A DNA stretch of 64,000 nt from Elusimicrobiota bacterium (lineage in GTDB: Bacteria > Elusimicrobiota > Elusimicrobia > F11), in assembly GCA_044221725.1 (NCBI GenBank), contig JBGAON010000003.1:1-64000 (forward strand), written 5' to 3'. The notes under the pieces are model-generated. The model ran no database searches, was not told the origin of the DNA, and was given only the letters and a program-made list of their open reading frames with translations. Positions within the stretch are counted from its first letter, which is position 1. Every line of letters begins with the position of its first letter. The position numbers and the translations under genes are program-made. Of the stretch, positions 25,189 through 35,377 are shown piece after piece.

Positions 25189-26517
25189 ATGAAAAATTCG
25201 GGGGGCTGGATTACCGCGGTTGCACTGGGCGGATTTCTGATTATTGGCGGTAACATCGTTTTTGCGGAAGGCACGCCATCGCCGTCGCAAGTTGTGTTCG
25301 GCGGTGAAGTGCGGATACGTCCGGAGTACCGGAGCAATGCGGATTTCAACAAAGATGTGCGCGACACCAATTCGTTTACTGGCTCGCGTATTCGGCTCAG
25401 CGCGCTGGTTCAGGCGGACCCCGATATTTCGGCGAAAATTACCTTTCAAGATTCGAGAAACTGGGGTGAGGAATCGAGCGCGACAGGCCTTACCAATTCC
25501 GGGCCGCACGCGATCGACATTCATGAAGGTTACGTGGAATTCAAACGCTTTCTGAAAAGCCCGTTCTCCCTGCGGGCGGGGCGGCAAGAACTTGTATACG
25601 GAGATCAGCGATTGATCGGTAACTTCAATTGGAGCAATCAAGCGCGTGCGTTTGATGCTTTCAAGGTGATGTATCCGAGCCGTTTGGCGGACGTGGATAT
25701 ATGGACCGCGAAACGGAAAGAAAACGACGGCACGGTCGCCGGAAACCCCAATTCCGACCGCGACTTTTCCGGTCTCTATTCCACGTGGAAAACGCTTGTT
25801 CCGCGCAGCGTCGTGGATTTCTACGCGCTTCAGGACCGTGAAGGCGACACAACAACCGTGGCCAAAGCAAAAAATATTTTCACGGTCGGCACACGTATCG
25901 CCGGAAAGATTTCGGCCATCGACTATTCCGCCGAATTGCCGTATCAATTCGGCGATAATGGAACCGTCGTCGGAGTTTCCTCTTCGGACGTCAATGTTTC
26001 GGCTTATGCGTTCGCGGCCAAAGGCGGTTACACCTTCCACGGATCACGCGAGGTGCGTGTCGGCATCGAATACGATTACGCATCGGGAGACGATAACGCC
26101 AGTGACACCACGTCCAAAACGTTCAACAATCTTTATCCGACCAATCATCCCTACTACGGCTACATGGACTATCAAGGTTGGCGAAACATGAGCGCTTGGA
26201 ACGTGAACGTTAGCGGGAAACCTGGGAGTTCGACGTTCCTGTATGCAGGTTACTGGGATTTTCGATTGGCTCAGGAACACGACGGGTGGTACAACGCTAG
26301 CGGCAGTTCCGCCGGTGCCGCTCGAGCCGCTTCTGCGACCAATTCGGAAAAGCATGTCGGCAACGAACTGGATTTGTTGGCGAGGTACATATACGATCCG
26401 CGCGTCACGTTTGAAGCCGGATACAGCCATTTTTTTGAAGGCGCGTTTATCAACAACAAGATCGCCAATGCTGGCGGGTCCGATTGGACGTATGTGATGA
26501 TGACCGCGAAATTCTAG
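25189..26517 (+). CDS. Alginate-export (AlgE-like) outer-membrane porin
   Basis: GEVRIRPE, GRQELVYGDQRLIG..WSN..RAFDA, TFNNLYPTNH.YYGYMD and terminal Phe; RBS AGGAGG. Confidence 0.85.
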   Translation: MKNSGGWITAVALGGFLIIGGNIVFAEGTPSPSQVVFGGEVRIRPEYRSNADFNKDVRDTNSFTGSRIRLSALVQADPDISAKITFQDSRNWGEESSATGLTNSGPHAIDIHEGYVEFKRFLKSPFSLRAGRQELVYGDQRLIGNFNWSNQARAFDAFKVMYPSRLADVDIWTAKRKENDGTVAGNPNSDRDFSGLYSTWKTLVPRSVVDFYALQDREGDTTTVAKAKNIFTVGTRIAGKISAIDYSAELPYQFGDNGTVVGVSSSDVNVSAYAFAAKGGYTFHGSREVRVGIEYDYASGDDNASDTTSKTFNNLYPTNHPYYGYMDYQGWRNMSAWNVNVSGKPGSSTFLYAGYWDFRLAQEHDGWYNASGSSAGAARAASATNSEKHVGNELDLLARYIYDPRVTFEAGYSHFFEGAFINNKIANAGGSDWTYVMMTAKF

Positions 26518-26552
26518 ATTCTTAAGTCGCAGGAAAGAACCGAACGGCCACA

Positions 26553-27011
26553 ATGAGTGACGCGACGATAACAACGTTTTATTCGCAGGACCACGAGCAG
26601 CTCGACCGTCTATTCGAGCGTTTCCAAGCCTTGAAAGCAACGGCGCCTGATGAGGCGCTCGAAACATTGCGGAAATTTCGTCACGGCCTTGAACAACATA
26701 TGGCATGGGAAGAGGCGATTTTGTTTTCTAACTATGATCAGAAACAACGAGCCGAGGATGGTTTAACCGCGCAGCTTCTTCTTGAACACGGACAGATTCG
26801 GGACCGGCTGGAAGCAATCGAGGCGAAATTGCGAAACGGTGATACATATACAAACGAAGAAGAGGAACGCTTTTCCAAAATTCTCGCTTCTCATAACCGG
26901 ACAGAAGAGAACGAGTTCTATGTCAAACTTGATCGTTTTTTAACGGATGATGAGCGAATGGAAATTTTTAATTTGATGCGATTGTCCGCGTGGCCCGGCC
27001 CTTCCGTTTAA
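26553..27011 (+). CDS. Hemerythrin-like (HHE) domain protein
   Basis: DHEQLD...LEQHMAWEEAILF...EH...HNRTEENEFY. Confidence 0.88.
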   Translation: MSDATITTFYSQDHEQLDRLFERFQALKATAPDEALETLRKFRHGLEQHMAWEEAILFSNYDQKQRAEDGLTAQLLLEHGQIRDRLEAIEAKLRNGDTYTNEEEERFSKILASHNRTEENEFYVKLDRFLTDDERMEIFNLMRLSAWPGPSV

Positions 27012-28993
27012 CTTTCGTTGAGAAGCTTCCGCGCTTTTTCCAGTTCGCTGGGATTGCCGAGCATGATCAAAACGTCGTCCACGAGCAGTTCCGTGTCAGG
27101 TCCCGGATTCGCAATATGATTTCCCTCACGGTAAATGGCTACCAGCGTCGCGCCGGTTTGCTCGCGCAACCTGATTTCGCGGACGGTTTTGCGGTGCGCG
27201 ATCGATTCGCTCGATAAGGTTACTTGGTCCGTAATGTCCGTGAGGATTGTGCGGTCGCCGGACCGTAACACCGCTTGGCGTGTCGGTTCGCTCGTGGCGA
27301 GACCAAAAATTTGGTCCAGTGCGCTTTCCAGCAGCTCTTTGCCGACCGTTATTTTCTTTCGAAACGCAAAGCTCACGAACACAAACAGAAACGCCATCGC
27401 GTAGAGAAGTCGGGGATCACCAACGTAAGGCGCGGCGAGCACCACGATGAGAATTTCAAGAAGGGATACCGTCAACGCGTCGAGAGCGTTGTAGAACGCG
27501 TTCACATTAATGAGATGCAACAAGTGTTTGCTGCGCGTGACCAGCAAAAGAAGGATGTGATTCGAATACTTCGAGATGGCCAGGAAAAGTGGCAGGCAAA
27601 CGAGCGCAGAGAGCCCCCACACAGCGAGCGACGTTTCTAAGGATGGCGGTATGAAACCGAGCACGGTTTTGGACAACGCGAGGATCGCCACAAAAATTGC
27701 GAGATACGTTCCGAGTCGCACCAGATACTTTGAAAAAATTTCCGTTTTCTGTCCGTAATGATGCGCGGACTTGACTTCAAGCCACGCGTGATAACCATCA
27801 AGCTTTGCTCGAAATCCCGCCGGTGTAACCGCAAGTAAAAAATCCACCGCGTGATCCGATCGCTGTATGAGGTACGGCGTCGCTAAGGTGGTGAGTGACG
27901 AAACCGTGATCGCGAGCGGATACAAAAAATCGCTGGTTACCTTCAGCGAAACACCGAGGCTCGCGATAACGAAAGAGAATTCACCGATTTGGGCGAGGCT
28001 CATGCCGACGCGCGAGGCTGTCTTAATGTCGTATCCCGCCAGAAAAGAACCAACGGTTCCACTGAAGACTTTTCCGATGATCGTGACGACCGTCACGATC
28101 GCGATGGCCCCTTTGTATTCCCATAACAATCGAGGTTGAATCAGCATACCGGCCGATACGAAGAAGATGGCACTAAACATGTCGCGAATCGGATGGATCC
28201 ATTCTTCAATTTCGTGAATCTCGTTGGACGCGGCGAGGATGGCACCGGCCAAAAAGGCTCCGAGCGCCACGGACAATTGGAAATAATGCGCCACCAGCGC
28301 TCCACTTAAACAAATGCCGAGCGTAACGATTCCGAGAACTTCTTTCGCTTTAAATTTCGCGACCCAGTGAACGAAACGGGGAACAATGAGCAGGCCCAAA
28401 ACCAAGAACAAAATGATGAAAAGTATCACGCGCGCAAACGAGCTCACGACAATTTTCAAATCGGGGCCGCTCTGAGTTCCCAGGCCGGACAGAATCGATA
28501 AAATTACAACGGCCACAATATCTTCGAGCACCAGGATTCCGAACACAACCTGCACAAACTTCTCCTGCATCATTTTGAAATCCATAAGGACTTTCACAAT
28601 GATGGTGGTGCTGCTTACGCACAAGATCGCGCCAAGAAAGACGCTATCCGTCTTTTTCCATCCGAACGCTTGACCGAGGGCGAATCCAATGGCCAACATG
28701 CTGATAACCTCAAGCAACGTTGCTAAGCCGGCCGACGTCCCCACTTTTCGAATCTTTGGAAGATTGAATTCGAGACCCAATGAAAACAATAAGAACACGA
28801 GACCCAGTTCGGCCATCGTGTGAATGCTTTGAAGGTTCGTGATCGTCGCGAAGGGCGGCGTGTAAGGACCGACAAGAAGTCCCGCCACAAGATAACCGAT
28901 CACGACCGGCTGTTGAAACCGGTGGCACAAAAGTGTCATTGCGCCGGCCACCAACATCACGACCGCGAGATCCTGCAACAAATGCGTTTCCAT
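27008..28993 (-). CDS. CPA2-family cation:proton antiporter with C-terminal TrkA-C (RCK_C) domain
   Basis: LFSLGLEF, SSTTII, LVLED, FFVSAG, QIGEFSFV and tail LREQTGATLVAIYR...NPGP. Confidence 0.9.
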   Translation of the reverse strand: METHLLQDLAVVMLVAGAMTLLCHRFQQPVVIGYLVAGLLVGPYTPPFATITNLQSIHTMAELGLVFLLFSLGLEFNLPKIRKVGTSAGLATLLEVISMLAIGFALGQAFGWKKTDSVFLGAILCVSSTTIIVKVLMDFKMMQEKFVQVVFGILVLEDIVAVVILSILSGLGTQSGPDLKIVVSSFARVILFIILFLVLGLLIVPRFVHWVAKFKAKEVLGIVTLGICLSGALVAHYFQLSVALGAFLAGAILAASNEIHEIEEWIHPIRDMFSAIFFVSAGMLIQPRLLWEYKGAIAIVTVVTIIGKVFSGTVGSFLAGYDIKTASRVGMSLAQIGEFSFVIASLGVSLKVTSDFLYPLAITVSSLTTLATPYLIQRSDHAVDFLLAVTPAGFRAKLDGYHAWLEVKSAHHYGQKTEIFSKYLVRLGTYLAIFVAILALSKTVLGFIPPSLETSLAVWGLSALVCLPLFLAISKYSNHILLLLVTRSKHLLHLINVNAFYNALDALTVSLLEILIVVLAAPYVGDPRLLYAMAFLFVFVSFAFRKKITVGKELLESALDQIFGLATSEPTRQAVLRSGDRTILTDITDQVTLSSESIAHRKTVREIRLREQTGATLVAIYREGNHIANPGPDTELLVDDVLIMLGNPSELEKARKLLNES

Positions 28994-29013
28994 GCGTGCC
29001 TTCGTTTTATCAC

Positions 29014-29038
29014 AAACTTTATTTTTAGGCTCGCGTAA
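29014..29038 (+). promoter_or_regulatory. ECF-type stress promoter AAACTT-N14-CGTAA (tal)
   Basis: Member of a 15-site recurring motif. Confidence 0.7.
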
Positions 29039-29052
29039 TAAAAGTAACGACC

Positions 29053-30180
29053 ATGAATCGATTACTCGAACTCAATAACGTTGGGCAAAGCGTATGGCTG
29101 GATTTTCTTGCGCGCAGTTACATTCGGCAAGGAAATCTCAAGAAACTCGTGATGGAAGACGGCGTCAGCGGCGTGACATCCAATCCGACGATTTTTGAAA
29201 AGGCAATTCTTGAAGAATCAACCTATGACGAAGCCATACGGCGCTATCTCGACGAGGGGCGCACCGCGGCTCAAGCGTTCGAAGCCATTGCGATTGAAGA
29301 TGTTCAGCAAGCGTGCGACATTCTAAGGCCGGTGTTTGAGCGAACCAAAGGCAATGATGGTTTTGTGTCGATCGAGGTCAGTCCAACGGTGGCGACCAAC
29401 ACGGTTGCAACGCTCGAAGAAGCGGCCCGACTCTACCGCGGAGTGAATCGACCAAATGCGATGGTCAAAATTCCGGCCACCGATGCGGGCATTCCGGCGA
29501 TTCAAGAAGCCATCAGTAATGAAATTAATATCAACGTGACGCTGATTTTCTCGTTGGAGCGGTATCAACAGGTGATTGGGGCGTGGCTCGGGGGGCTCAA
29601 GCAATTGGGCGATCGGGGCGGGAATATTGCGAACGTTACGTCGGTGGCGAGCTTTTTTGTGAGCCGGGTGGACACACTGGTGGACAAGCTGTTGGATGAA
29701 AAGATTAAGCAGACGAACGACGATCAGAAACGAACTCTTGAGTCCCTGAAAGGCAAGGCGGCCGTGGCCAATGCGCGTCAGGCGTATCAAATTTTTGAAA
29801 AGTTATCGCTCAATCCGGCGTTCAAGGCGCTTGAAGCAAAAGGGGCGCGGCTCCAGCGGCCGTTGTGGGCCAGTACGAGTTCGAAAAATCCCGCGTACCG
29901 CGACGTGATGTATGTGGAGAAATTGATCGGTCCCCACACCGTGAACACCATGCCCTTAAAAACAATGGAAGCGTTTAAAGATCACGGTGAAATAAAGCCA
30001 ACCATTTCTGAAAACCCCAACGAGTCGAAACAAATTCTCGACAGCTTGGAGCGAGCGGGGATCCGAATGCAGGTTGTCGGCGAAGAGCTTGAAAAAGAAG
30101 GTGTGCGTTTGTTTTCAGATTCTTATGCAAAGGTTGTTGAGAGTATTGGTCGAAAGCGCGAAAGGATCGGCGCAATCTAA
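29053..30180 (+). CDS. tal: Transaldolase
   Basis: WLDFL, GVTSNPTIF, MVKIPAT, NVTLIFS, ASFFVSRVD and RPLWAST. Confidence 0.95.
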   Translation: MNRLLELNNVGQSVWLDFLARSYIRQGNLKKLVMEDGVSGVTSNPTIFEKAILEESTYDEAIRRYLDEGRTAAQAFEAIAIEDVQQACDILRPVFERTKGNDGFVSIEVSPTVATNTVATLEEAARLYRGVNRPNAMVKIPATDAGIPAIQEAISNEININVTLIFSLERYQQVIGAWLGGLKQLGDRGGNIANVTSVASFFVSRVDTLVDKLLDEKIKQTNDDQKRTLESLKGKAAVANARQAYQIFEKLSLNPAFKALEAKGARLQRPLWASTSSKNPAYRDVMYVEKLIGPHTVNTMPLKTMEAFKDHGEIKPTISENPNESKQILDSLERAGIRMQVVGEELEKEGVRLFSDSYAKVVESIGRKRERIGAI

Positions 30181-30193
30181 AACGCGTTCGAGG

Positions 30194-30739
30194 CTATTTT
30201 TGGGGAGCTCGCTTCCACAGCACATCAATGTCGACCGGAGCCTCGTCTTTGATGGCGACGCCCATGAGCGATGGTCGATCGACACCGTGGCGGCTCAATA
30301 GCAGAGGAATGGTGCCTTTTACGCGAAAGGCATCGGCGGATTGGTCCGACACATCAAACCCAACGTCTTTGTAAGTTGTCTGTTTCCCACCGAATTCGAC
30401 CGTGAGATCGGTTTTAAAGGAGTTCTTGGGAGGTGCTTTGATTTGGACGCGCACCGACACCATGGGAAATTCTCCGCCGTGCACCGCTTGAATCATGTGC
30501 AAATCTCGGTTTTGATCGCCCGAGTCGAACGTTTTCACCGGTACCGCGACGAGAAAGTTGCATCCGTCGGCTTCGCAAACACCTTTCCCTTTCGCCGCTT
30601 CTGTCTTCCCAATCGTGTTATGAAACGGATGGTCCGCGTGGTAACGGATCACCGATTTTTCAACGAGCCAGATACTGTCGCCGGCCCAGGCTGCGGCAGC
30701 GGTCGCGAACAAGATGAACAACGCGAACCCCTTGTTCAT
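30194..30739 (-). CDS. YceI-family exported protein
   Basis: Signal peptide and the VPVKTFDSGDQNRDLHM YceI signature. Confidence 0.85.
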   Translation of the reverse strand: MNKGFALFILFATAAAAWAGDSIWLVEKSVIRYHADHPFHNTIGKTEAAKGKGVCEADGCNFLVAVPVKTFDSGDQNRDLHMIQAVHGGEFPMVSVRVQIKAPPKNSFKTDLTVEFGGKQTTYKDVGFDVSDQSADAFRVKGTIPLLLSRHGVDRPSLMGVAIKDEAPVDIDVLWKRAPQK

Positions 30740-31452
30740 TGGCCATCTCCTTTGCCGCCGAAGGGAATCACCATGATGGCCAGCGACGTGTAGAAAGCGA
30801 CGGCAGCGGTTGTTGCAAACGCGGGCTTGAGTCCGCTCGGCTGCTCACCGTTGTCGAGCTTCTTTTTGTCTTGCATGCCGAGAATCATGGTGCCGACCAT
30901 GGCCGGGAAGTGAATGAACGCGAGCCACTTGTGAATTTTCGTGCGGCCCGATTTCTTTTCGCCTTCAACGTGGGGGGCAAAAATTGAAAAGCCGGCCGTC
31001 GTGAAATAAAGCACGCCGGTCGTGATACCGAGGGCCTCGTGTTTTTCGCGACTGTCTTTCGAAGCTTGATCGCTTCCTCCGCCGGCGCCGCCCGCGCTCG
31101 AAAGCGCCACGGCCATTGCAACGGCGGTGGTAAGTCCGAGGATCTGATGGATCTTCAACATCTTTGTTCGTTTGTTGAGCGTTCTCTGAAATTTTTCATC
31201 GCCGGTGGTGTCCGTTTTTGAAAATCCCAAATCGTCCATGTTGATGGACGTGTCGTTTGCTTGAGCGACCCGCGTCGGGACAAGTTCAAGCCGATTGTTC
31301 GGAGCCTCGGCCAATAGAAGCGGTGGGTCCCCTGCCGCATTTTCGGAGAGAGAGTTGTCCGACTTTTCGAATACGGGGACGTATCCGAACGAACGCATCG
31401 GACACAACAATATCGGTATTGTTAACAGCAACGACAGGAGTCTCGTAACCAT
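30736..31452 (-). CDS. Hypothetical membrane protein with His-bearing TM helices
   Basis: Signal peptide, then four hydrophobic segments (KIHQILG, KHEALG, KIHKWLAFIHF). ATGA-coupled to YceI. Track start is 31503. Confidence 0.6.
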   Translation of the reverse strand: MVTRLLSLLLTIPILLCPMRSFGYVPVFEKSDNSLSENAAGDPPLLLAEAPNNRLELVPTRVAQANDTSINMDDLGFSKTDTTGDEKFQRTLNKRTKMLKIHQILGLTTAVAMAVALSSAGGAGGGSDQASKDSREKHEALGITTGVLYFTTAGFSIFAPHVEGEKKSGRTKIHKWLAFIHFPAMVGTMILGMQDKKKLDNGEQPSGLKPAFATTAAVAFYTSLAIMVIPFGGKGDGQ

Positions 31453-31483
31453 AATGATCCCGATCATATCACGGAACAAAAGC

Positions 31484-31508
31484 GAACTTGCAACTGCACC
31501 CATCGTAA
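31484..31508 (+). promoter_or_regulatory. ECF-type stress promoter GAACTT-N14-CGTAA (HAD-ROK)
   Basis: Recurring motif. Confidence 0.75.
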
Positions 31509-31515
31509 GGAGGAT

Positions 31516-32220
31516 GTGGAAACCGAACAGATTTCGTTATTCTGCTTCGATTACGATGAAACGGTGGCCGTGGACGGCATTGTATCGCCGCTGGTGCTGG
31601 AGGCTCTGCGAAAACTAAAGGCATCGGGCCGGAAGCTGGTGCTTGTGACGGGACGAATAATGCCCGATTTGCTGCGGAAATTTACCGGTATAAAATTGTG
31701 TGATCTTATCGTCGCCGAAAACGGCGGCACGCTGTACAACCCCGAAACTCTCGAAGAGAAATCGCTTACCGCATCTCCGCCGGATCAATTTGTTAAAGCG
31801 CTCGAAGCGGAATACGTGCCGTTTTACATCGGCCGCACGATCGTGGCCAGCAAGGTGCCACACGAAAAAATCATATTGCGCGTAATCCGCATGCTCGGCA
31901 TCGAGTATCAGATTATTTTTAACAAAGGATCGTTGATGATGCTGCCTTCCGGTGTGAACAAAGCAACCGGATTAATGGCGGCCTTGGCCGCCTTGCGTGT
32001 GCCCACAAAATCCGTTGCCGGCATCGGCGACGGAGAAAACGATCACGCGTTTCTTTCGATGTGTGGATTAAGCGCCGCCGTTCAAAATGCCGTGCCGAGC
32101 CTTAAATCCGAAGTGGATCTCGTGACAACCCAAGACAATGGCGCCGGTGTGACCGAGTTTATTGGACTGATTCTTTCCAACACATTGGTCCGATCCGCGC
32201 GGCATTTTGGAAAACGGTAA
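31516..32220 (+). CDS. HAD-superfamily (Cof/IIB-like) phosphatase
   Basis: DYDET, VTGR, GVNKATG and GDGENDH. Confidence 0.9.
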   Translation: METEQISLFCFDYDETVAVDGIVSPLVLEALRKLKASGRKLVLVTGRIMPDLLRKFTGIKLCDLIVAENGGTLYNPETLEEKSLTASPPDQFVKALEAEYVPFYIGRTIVASKVPHEKIILRVIRMLGIEYQIIFNKGSLMMLPSGVNKATGLMAALAALRVPTKSVAGIGDGENDHAFLSMCGLSAAVQNAVPSLKSEVDLVTTQDNGAGVTEFIGLILSNTLVRSARHFGKR

Positions 32221-33191
32221 TGCCGAAACGGGCAACGGTGGGTATTGATATTGGGGGGACAAAAACGCTTTTCGCACTGTTTGACGAGAAATTCGGACTC
32301 ATCGAGGAAATAAAAGAGAAAACGCGCGCCACAAAAGGCGAAAAGAATTTTTCGGCGATGTTGGCCGACGCGCTGGGCGCTCTCGTTAAGACCGCAAAGA
32401 AAAAAGACCTCGCTATTTTGGCGGTGGGGGTTGGTTGCACCGGCACCGTTGACACGAAGACGGGCGAAGTCAAAAAGAGTCCGCACATTCCTTTCCTTGA
32501 GAAATATCCGCTGAAGAGCCGGTTGAACAAACTGGCGAGCGCCAACGTTCGTATCGTGAACGATGTTCAGGCGGGTTTGTATGGCGAGCATCAGCTCGGC
32601 ATCGCGAAAGGGCTTCGGCACGTCATTGGTATCTTTATCGGCACCGGAATTGGCGGCGCCATCATTATCGACGGGCATCTGCATCTCGGAGCCAAAGGAC
32701 ACGCTGGGAATATTGGTCATTATTCGACTCATTCGCCACCCGCGGGTGAAATACCCGGTAACAGCATCTTAAATGAGGTCGTGAGCCGACCCGCGATTGC
32801 GGCCGAAGCGGCGATGTTGGCCTCTCGGCATCAGGCGCCAAATTTTCTCAAGAATGTCGGCACGGACGTTTCGAAGATTACGAGTGCCGATTTGGCGCTG
32901 GCCATTGCGCAAGGGGACAAGAACATAGAACAGGTGATTCGGAATCGATCACGTCTTGTTGGCAATGCGCTTTCCAATATCGTGGATTTCCTTAATCCCG
33001 AGATGATTGTGTTGGGGGGCGGACTCGTCGAAGCAATGCCTGCGTTAATTCGCCAAGAAGTGGAAGCCGGCGTCAAAGCAACATCCACCAAAGAAGCGTT
33101 CGATGGATTGGAAATTGCTGTGGCCAAGCTTGGGAATCACGCGGTCACAACCGGCGCCGCAAAGCTGGCGAGTGACGTGGCGCTGAACTGA
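32220..33191 (+). CDS. ROK-family sugar kinase (glucokinase-like)
   Basis: GIDIGGTK, VND, GTGIGG, AGNIGH and LGGG. Confidence 0.9.
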   Translation: MPKRATVGIDIGGTKTLFALFDEKFGLIEEIKEKTRATKGEKNFSAMLADALGALVKTAKKKDLAILAVGVGCTGTVDTKTGEVKKSPHIPFLEKYPLKSRLNKLASANVRIVNDVQAGLYGEHQLGIAKGLRHVIGIFIGTGIGGAIIIDGHLHLGAKGHAGNIGHYSTHSPPAGEIPGNSILNEVVSRPAIAAEAAMLASRHQAPNFLKNVGTDVSKITSADLALAIAQGDKNIEQVIRNRSRLVGNALSNIVDFLNPEMIVLGGGLVEAMPALIRQEVEAGVKATSTKEAFDGLEIAVAKLGNHAVTTGAAKLASDVALN

Positions 33192-33209
33192 TTCTCGAAA
33201 AGAACGTAT
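33185..33209 (+). promoter_or_regulatory. ECF-type stress promoter GAACTG-N14-CGTAT (SRPBCC operon)
   Basis: Recurring motif overlapping the ROK stop. Confidence 0.65.
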
Positions 33210-33245
33210 TAAATTTGGACGAAAATCTTTTTTGGGAGCCATGTT

Positions 33246-33845
33246 ATGCGACACCAACACACCGTTGTATCCGATACGCCCGGACCTCAGGCGTCAAAAA
33301 AAGAAAGCGTGAGTGGCGTTCGCCCGCTTTCGAGAAGCGGTGAGCCTCTCGAGGCTCCTTTCGCGAACGGGATACGACTGGAGGAAGCGATCACGATCGG
33401 ACGACCTCTCCCCGAGCTGTATTCTTACTGGCGCGATTTTCGAAATCTCCCCAGCTTTTGCAAGTACCTTGAGCACGTCGAGTTCATCGACGAAAAGCGG
33501 TCGCGTTGGACCGCGATCGGGCCCGCCGACAAACCGTTGACATGGGAAGCGGCCATTATAGAGGAGACGCCGAACGAGCTCATTAGCTGGCGCTCGTTCG
33601 AAGGATCCTCTTTTCAGAACGCTGGCTCGGTTCGTTTCAAAAAGGCGCCCGCGGATCGCGGGACAGAAATCAATCTTACGTTTGCTTATTCTCCGCCGGC
33701 CGGCCCGTTGGGTTCGCTGGTTGCAAAACTCAGTGGGAAGGATCCGGCGTACATTTTGCACGAGGAATTGCGGCGGTTTAAGCAACTGATGGAAACGGGT
33801 GAAATTCCAACGACCGACGGGCAGCCGTCGCTCGAGAACCAATAG
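33246..33845 (+). CDS. SRPBCC/polyketide-cyclase-like protein
   Basis: YWRDFRNLP, ISWRS, GSVRF..AP..RGTE and LRRFKQLMETGEIPT. Confidence 0.88.
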   Translation: MRHQHTVVSDTPGPQASKKESVSGVRPLSRSGEPLEAPFANGIRLEEAITIGRPLPELYSYWRDFRNLPSFCKYLEHVEFIDEKRSRWTAIGPADKPLTWEAAIIEETPNELISWRSFEGSSFQNAGSVRFKKAPADRGTEINLTFAYSPPAGPLGSLVAKLSGKDPAYILHEELRRFKQLMETGEIPTTDGQPSLENQ

Positions 33846-33854
33846 GGGAAATGT

Positions 33855-35033
33855 ATGCGCGCCACGTGTTGGTACGGGAAAAAAGACATGCGATCGGTTC
33901 GAACGACCGATCCAAAAATATTGAATCCTCGGGATGCCATCATCCGTGTGACGTTGACCGCCATCTGCGGATCCGATCTGCATTTGTATAACGCGAAGAT
34001 CCCGACCTTAAAGAAGGGCGATATTCTCGGTCACGAATTTATGGGAGAAGTGGTGGAAGTTGGATCGGCGATCAAAAATTTAAATATTGGTGATCGCGTG
34101 GTGATCCCGTTTCATATCTCGTGCGGCGCCTGTTTCTTCTGCAAGCACGAATTGTATTCGCTTTGCGACAATTCAAATCCGAACATGGTGATGGAAGAAG
34201 CGATGTACGGCCACGGAAACGCGGCCGCTTTTGGATACGCGCACATGTACGGAGGCTACGCCGGTGGCCAAGCGGAATACGTGCGCGTCCCGTTTGCGGA
34301 TGTGGGAGCACTGAGGATTCCGTCTGGAGTTCCGGATGAAAAGGTTTTGTTTCTTTCGGACATTTTCCCGACCGGTTTTATGGCGGCCGAGAATTGCAAC
34401 ATTCAGCCGGGGGATACGGTTGCCGTGTGGGGATGCGGACCCGTCGGGCAATTTGCGATTCGAAGCGCGTACTTGCTCGGTGCGGAGCGCGTGATTGCTA
34501 TTGATAACGTGCCCGAACGATTGGCGATGGCCAAAGATTACGGTCGCGCTAATATTTTGAATCACGACGATGTTGACATTCAAGATGCGCTGCTCGAGAT
34601 GACGGGTGGACGCGGCCCGGATGCGTGCATCGACGCGGTCGGCATGGAAGGGCACGGTGACAGCGGCGTTGGTGGGGCCTATGATGCCATTAAGAGTGCC
34701 GTGAAACTCGAAACCGATCGGCCGTACGCGCTGAGGCAAGCGATTCAAGCCTGCCGAAGCGGCGGGACGGTGTCGGTGCCCGGTGTTTATGGCGGGTTTA
34801 TCGATAAATTCCCGTTCGGCGCAATTTTTTCAAAATCGCTCACTATCAAATCCGGGCAAACCCACGTGCACCGTTACATGAAAGGTTTGTTGGATTTGGT
34901 GCTCGAAGGAAAAATCGATCCGAGTTTTGTGATCACGCGCCGCGTGGCTCTTTCGGAAGCTCCGGACGCGTACAAAAGATTTAACGATAAGGAACCCGGC
35001 TGGACAAAAGTCGTGCTCGTTCCGAACCATTGA
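33855..35033 (+). CDS. Zn-dependent alcohol/formaldehyde dehydrogenase-like (YbdR-like)
   Basis: [29 protein letters not shown] and GCGPVG. Confidence 0.92.
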   Translation: MRATCWYGKKDMRSVRTTDPKILNPRDAIIRVTLTAICGSDLHLYNAKIPTLKKGDILGHEFMGEVVEVGSAIKNLNIGDRVVIPFHISCGACFFCKHELYSLCDNSNPNMVMEEAMYGHGNAAAFGYAHMYGGYAGGQAEYVRVPFADVGALRIPSGVPDEKVLFLSDIFPTGFMAAENCNIQPGDTVAVWGCGPVGQFAIRSAYLLGAERVIAIDNVPERLAMAKDYGRANILNHDDVDIQDALLEMTGGRGPDACIDAVGMEGHGDSGVGGAYDAIKSAVKLETDRPYALRQAIQACRSGGTVSVPGVYGGFIDKFPFGAIFSKSLTIKSGQTHVHRYMKGLLDLVLEGKIDPSFVITRRVALSEAPDAYKRFNDKEPGWTKVVLVPNH

Positions 35034-35065
35034 GAATTTACGAATCAAAAAAACTAGGAGGCCTT

Positions 35066-35371
35066 ATGAAAAAGTTATTTGCTGCCGCAACGATGGGTGT
35101 GTTTCTCACCGGAGCAGTCCCTTCGCTCCACGCGAACCACTGGGACAAAAATCCCCAAGAACGGCAAAAGCACATGAACGACAAAATCGAAAAGATGACG
35201 AAGGAATTTAATCTTACGCCGGATCAGCAATCGAAAGTCCGAGCGGCTATGCAAAACAAGATGGAAAAAATGGAATCTGCCGAGCGGGAGTTTCATAACG
35301 AAGTAAAAGGCGTCTTAAACGCGGATCAAATGAAAAAATTCGATGAGAAAATGGAAGAGAAAATGAAATAA
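35066..35371 (+). CDS. Small exported Spy/CpxP-like (LTxxQ) protein
   Basis: RBS AGGAGG, signal peptide, LTPDQQ and LNADQ motifs, Met/Lys/Glu-rich. Confidence 0.65.
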   Translation: MKKLFAAATMGVFLTGAVPSLHANHWDKNPQERQKHMNDKIEKMTKEFNLTPDQQSKVRAAMQNKMEKMESAEREFHNEVKGVLNADQMKKFDEKMEEKMK

Positions 35372-35377
35372 AAGTCC

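Noticed and set aside
25081..26706. 319-aa and 220-aa minus-strand ORFs
   Set aside because: Antisense shadows of the AlgE-like porin and hemerythrin genes.
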